32,000 nucleotides of DNA from Gemmata obscuriglobus (lineage in GTDB: Bacteria; Planctomycetota; Planctomycetia; Gemmatales; Gemmataceae): assembly GCF_008065095.1 (NCBI RefSeq), contig NZ_CP042911.1, forward strand, positions 3,015,829 to 3,047,828. The letters are read 5' to 3'. The position numbers and the translations under genes are program-made. Positions 28,902 to 32,000 of this stretch are shown here, in pieces; within the stretch, counting starts at the first letter, position 1, and every line of letters begins with the position of its first letter. The notes under the pieces were generated by a model. The model did not search any database. It saw only the letters and a program-made list of their open reading frames with translations, and was not told the DNA's origin.

Positions 28902-29762
28902 GTGGCTGAAGCAGAAGACACAATTTCGGACGAGATCCTGGCTCCCGCGCCGAAGGCCGAGGCCGAAATCGCCAAGCGCGGCCGAGGGCGGCCGCCCGGC
29001 AGCAAGAACAAAACGAAGGAGCTGCCGACCGAGCCCCCAAAATCGCCCGCACCGCAGACCATCGAGAATACTCCGGAGGACGCAGCCGTCTCACGGGCGA
29101 TGCGCGATGCCTTAGAGAAGCTCGACTTCGAGTCCATGGGCAGCGCGGACCGGTGGCTGATCTTGCTGGTGCGGGACACGAGCCCGAGTGAGCAGCCGCA
29201 CGAGAAGGAGTTCCATGAAGGGGCCAACGCAATCGGCCCAGTGCTCGCCGCAGACCGGCTCGCCGCAAACCTCGTTGATGTGGCGCTGTGCTACGGTGCT
29301 GAAGATTTCAAGGTCATCGACTGCCAGCACGCCAAGAATTTCGTGATGCCGCAGCACGTGGAGTATGGCCGTGGCACAGCGGGGGCGCCGTGGTTCCGTG
29401 GTATCACACGCGTGTGCAAGGACTACCGCGAGCACCTGGATGACCTGGGGGTTGCCGTCGGTGGCACCTTCGTTGTCGTGGCCTCGGACTTCTTGCTTGG
29501 AGACGATTTCGTCAGTGCCCTACGCGAGTTCCAGGAACTCCAGCACGCGGACCCGAAGCTGGTCGTGATCCCAGCCGGGTTCGGGAACTGGGTGCCACAG
29601 GTCGCCGAGCAGGTCTCGGTTCGCATTAAGCCAGTGGATCTGAACTCGTTCCGGATTTTTGACTTCCTGAAGATCGTCGCCACTTCGATGCGCGAGCTCA
29701 GCTGCTCGCGGCCCGAAGACCGGCAGTCCGTCATTGATAAGCTCAACGACCTCAACGGGTGA
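28902..29762 (+). CDS. vWA-like domain protein with N-terminal AT-hook-like segment
   Basis: KRGRGRPPGSKNKTK (AT-hook-like); RWLILLVRDTSPSEQ (DxSxS MIDAS-like), VVASDFLLGDDFVSALREFQELQHADPKLVVIPAGFGNW. Confidence 0.5.
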   Translation: MAEAEDTISDEILAPAPKAEAEIAKRGRGRPPGSKNKTKELPTEPPKSPAPQTIENTPEDAAVSRAMRDALEKLDFESMGSADRWLILLVRDTSPSEQPHEKEFHEGANAIGPVLAADRLAANLVDVALCYGAEDFKVIDCQHAKNFVMPQHVEYGRGTAGAPWFRGITRVCKDYREHLDDLGVAVGGTFVVVASDFLLGDDFVSALREFQELQHADPKLVVIPAGFGNWVPQVAEQVSVRIKPVDLNSFRIFDFLKIVATSMRELSCSRPEDRQSVIDKLNDLNG

Positions 29763-29769
29763 TTCCGCC

Positions 29770-30981
29770 ATGGCCGACCTCGTGGTCTGGTCTCCCATCA
29801 ACCAGTGCACCGTCCGCCTCACTCCGGCCGGGGTGAGCGGCGGGCAGACCGAACTGTTCTGGTTCAAAGACGACCCCGCTCGCTGCGCGGGGGTGCCCGT
29901 AGGCGGGAGTTGGGCCCCGTCATATTGGGCCAAGATCGAAGCACTCATTGCCCTGGCCGACCCGAGCGTTGAGGCAGCGTTCCCGGACGAGTTGCTGCTC
30001 GACCCACGGGACCGCAAGACTCCGCTCGGCTTCGGGATGAAGAAGGCCTCGGGCATCCCGCACACGCAGATCGTGATTCCGGCCGAGCGTGCCGCACAAG
30101 GGCTCAACTGGGGGCCACGCGAGGTACGCGATGTGGCCCTGCAGTTCGCGCGGCTGTTCGCCCGTTTCGAACGACTGGGGATCACTCAGAACGACTCACA
30201 CGGGGGCAATTACCTCGTCGACTGGCCCCGGTTTGCCAATCGCCCGACGGTCTTCCGGGTCGACGCGCTTGCGTTCGGGTTTCACTGGAGCGGCACCTAT
30301 TTCGGGTGTGATGCAGCGGTGTTTGAGTTCCTGCCCCCAGAGCTTCACTCCAGCGATTTATCGACCGTTGAGTTTACGCGCGATGTCGACCGCTACAGCT
30401 TAGCGTGCCTGCTGTTCCCGTTACTCACGGGCGGGTCGTACCCGTGGAACTTCGGACGCGGCAAGGGTACGGCGGCCGAGCGGGTCGCGCGTAAAGAATT
30501 CGCGATGTTCACCAACCCGCGCGGCACCAAAGTGCCCCCGAGTGTTGAGACCGCGTTCAACACTCTGCCGGCCGAGGTGATCGTGTTGTTCGAGCGGGCG
30601 TTCCTCGGCGACCCAGCCGTAAGGCCTGCGCCGCGCGAGTGGTTGCATGCGCTGAAGCTAATCGACACGCGATGGCGCCCCACGCTGCCTCGCCTCAAGA
30701 CCGGTCGGTTGAAGGGTCTTGGAAGGGCCATCGCTCAGGCCATGTGGCCGGCCTGTGCGGCAGTTCGAGCGCACCGCTGGATGCTGCTCGCGGTGACGTT
30801 TACGGTCCTTGCCGCCGCCGGCCCGCCCAAAGCTTTGTTTGCGCCAAGATCGCCGGGAGAACCGGCGCTCCCAGCGTCTCAAGCCGGTACGCAGGGGACA
30901 GACAGCGGCCAAGCAGCAGAAGAACCGACGGCGCCGACGCGCAGGCCCAAAAACACCGGCTCGTGGCAGAACCTCAGGTAA
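29770..30981 (+). CDS. Divergent protein kinase of the TerY-P type, C-terminal transmembrane segment
   Basis: LFARFERLGITQNDSHGGNYLVD (catalytic-loop equivalent), FRVDALAF (DFG equivalent), FEFLPPEL, RDVDRYSLACLLFPLLTGGSYPW; hydrophobic WMLLAVTFTVLAAAG. Starts 7 nt after the vWA gene stop. Confidence 0.6.
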   Translation: MADLVVWSPINQCTVRLTPAGVSGGQTELFWFKDDPARCAGVPVGGSWAPSYWAKIEALIALADPSVEAAFPDELLLDPRDRKTPLGFGMKKASGIPHTQIVIPAERAAQGLNWGPREVRDVALQFARLFARFERLGITQNDSHGGNYLVDWPRFANRPTVFRVDALAFGFHWSGTYFGCDAAVFEFLPPELHSSDLSTVEFTRDVDRYSLACLLFPLLTGGSYPWNFGRGKGTAAERVARKEFAMFTNPRGTKVPPSVETAFNTLPAEVIVLFERAFLGDPAVRPAPREWLHALKLIDTRWRPTLPRLKTGRLKGLGRAIAQAMWPACAAVRAHRWMLLAVTFTVLAAAGPPKALFAPRSPGEPALPASQAGTQGTDSGQAAEEPTAPTRRPKNTGSWQNLR

Positions 30982-30995
30982 CAGCGGAGGCAGTC

Positions 30996-32000
30996 ATGGG
31001 TTTCGCCATGCACGGGCGCAACGGGCACCGGTCCGCTGGCGCTATGGATCTGTACGAGATCCCTGAGCAGACGGCGCTCGGACTCGGCGACAAAGCGATG
31101 CTGTACCGCAACGGTCGGTTAGTGGGTTATGTCGACCACGCGGGCGTGCTCCGACTCGGCCGGGGGCAGAACCTGGCGGGCGTGCAGCTTCGCCGTCCGC
31201 ACCCGCGCTTGAAAGAGGGTGAGGGGATGTCTTTCACGGTCCCCTGGACCGTGACCGCCGCGATGAAGGAACGCGGCCTTCTTAACGACCCGCACACAGC
31301 GTTCTCGTACTTGGAACGTAACGCGATCCGGGCGATGCGCGAACAGAACTGGTACGCCTACGGCCGCACGACCGAGTTCCGCAAAGTCAACGTCAACGGC
31401 CAGCCCAAGGTGCAACGGGTCACCCGGAAGGTGAAGGTTGACCTGTACCACTTGGTCTATCGCGGCTTTCGCACCCGTGCCGGCGAGGTGTCACCTCAGA
31501 TTAGCGCGTACGCGCTCAACATGGGGCAGGCGGCCAACGGCAAGCACTACGCACTCGACTGGAAGGGGCTCTACAACGCGCAGCAACAGGTCAAGGCCGT
31601 CTGGCACCTGGGGCTCGCCTACGACCTCGGGCAAAAGGCCGGCATCAAGTGCGTCCCAAAGGGGCACTCGATGCGTGCCCTGGGTATCGACCAGAAGGTG
31701 AAGCCCAAGCGCACGCGCCAGGTGCGTAAGCGACTCAAGCAGATGAAGGCTCGGGGGCCTCGAGCGCGCGACCGTGCGGCCCGCGAGACCCGGGCGCCCA
31801 AGCCGGACGTTTCGTGGGGTCAGGCCGTCAAGAACACGGTCTATCAACTCCGCAGCGCGGTCGAACGCAAAATTACTCGGCTCTCCAAATCGCGCCAGCG
31901 GCGGTTCGCACGGCAGTGCGTGCGCGCGGCGGTCCGGTTCTGCAGTGACGGCAACCTGCGGTTCAGCACCCGCGACGTGAAGGCGGCAGCAGCCCACATG
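30996..32000 (+). CDS. TrwC/MobF-like relaxase homologue, incomplete at window end
   Basis: Frame from ATG 30996 is open to 32000. YRGFRTRAGEVSPQISAYALNMGQAANGKHYALDWKGLYNAQQQVKAVWHLGLAYDLGQKAGIKC...RARDRAARETRAPK follows the TrwC layout TSRxGDPQLHTHVVVAN..DGxWxALDGRxLY...AxxxYxxxLxxxLxxxxG...AAxxTRxxK. Confidence 0.5.
   Translation, partial: MGFAMHGRNGHRSAGAMDLYEIPEQTALGLGDKAMLYRNGRLVGYVDHAGVLRLGRGQNLAGVQLRRPHPRLKEGEGMSFTVPWTVTAAMKERGLLNDPHTAFSYLERNAIRAMREQNWYAYGRTTEFRKVNVNGQPKVQRVTRKVKVDLYHLVYRGFRTRAGEVSPQISAYALNMGQAANGKHYALDWKGLYNAQQQVKAVWHLGLAYDLGQKAGIKCVPKGHSMRALGIDQKVKPKRTRQVRKRLKQMKARGPRARDRAARETRAPKPDVSWGQAVKNTVYQLRSAVERKITRLSKSRQRRFARQCVRAAVRFCSDGNLRFSTRDVKAAAAHM

Overview
High-GC, plasmid-like accessory region, probably from a Planctomycetes (Gemmataceae-like) genome; that host assignment is inference from gene style only. 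Content from left to right: (1) a CHAT-protease-like protein and a 3'-truncated IS66 transposase; (2) a tightly linked Ser/Thr kinase + HD-superfamily phosphohydrolase pair; (3) an ISKra4-like insertion sequence whose exact ends can be read (18-bp perfect terminal inverted repeats, 11-bp direct repeats) and whose transposase is split by a C6 frameshift; (4) a junction between two gene remnants (PQQ-propeller 3' end / arsenate-reductase-like 3' end); (5) an arsenic operon arsR-arsM-arsC-acr3 with a perfect palindromic operator; (6) a PQQ-like propeller gene; (7) a Phd/PIN toxin-antitoxin pair; (8) an IetAS-like AAA-ATPase + subtilase pair; (9) a large SF2 helicase with a nuclease-like C-terminus; (10) a plasmid maintenance block: parA + partner, an array of about 12 CCGGNNNNCCGG elements mostly spaced near whole helical turns, 20-bp iterons and a RepA-type initiator; (11) an ECF-like sigma factor divergent from a vWA + TerY-P-type kinase pair; (12) the 5' part of a TrwC/MobF-like relaxase that appears to lack the HxH metal motif. 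The most interesting candidates are the kinase-HD pair, the two-part repeat architecture between parA and repA, the helicase-nuclease, and the degenerate relaxase.
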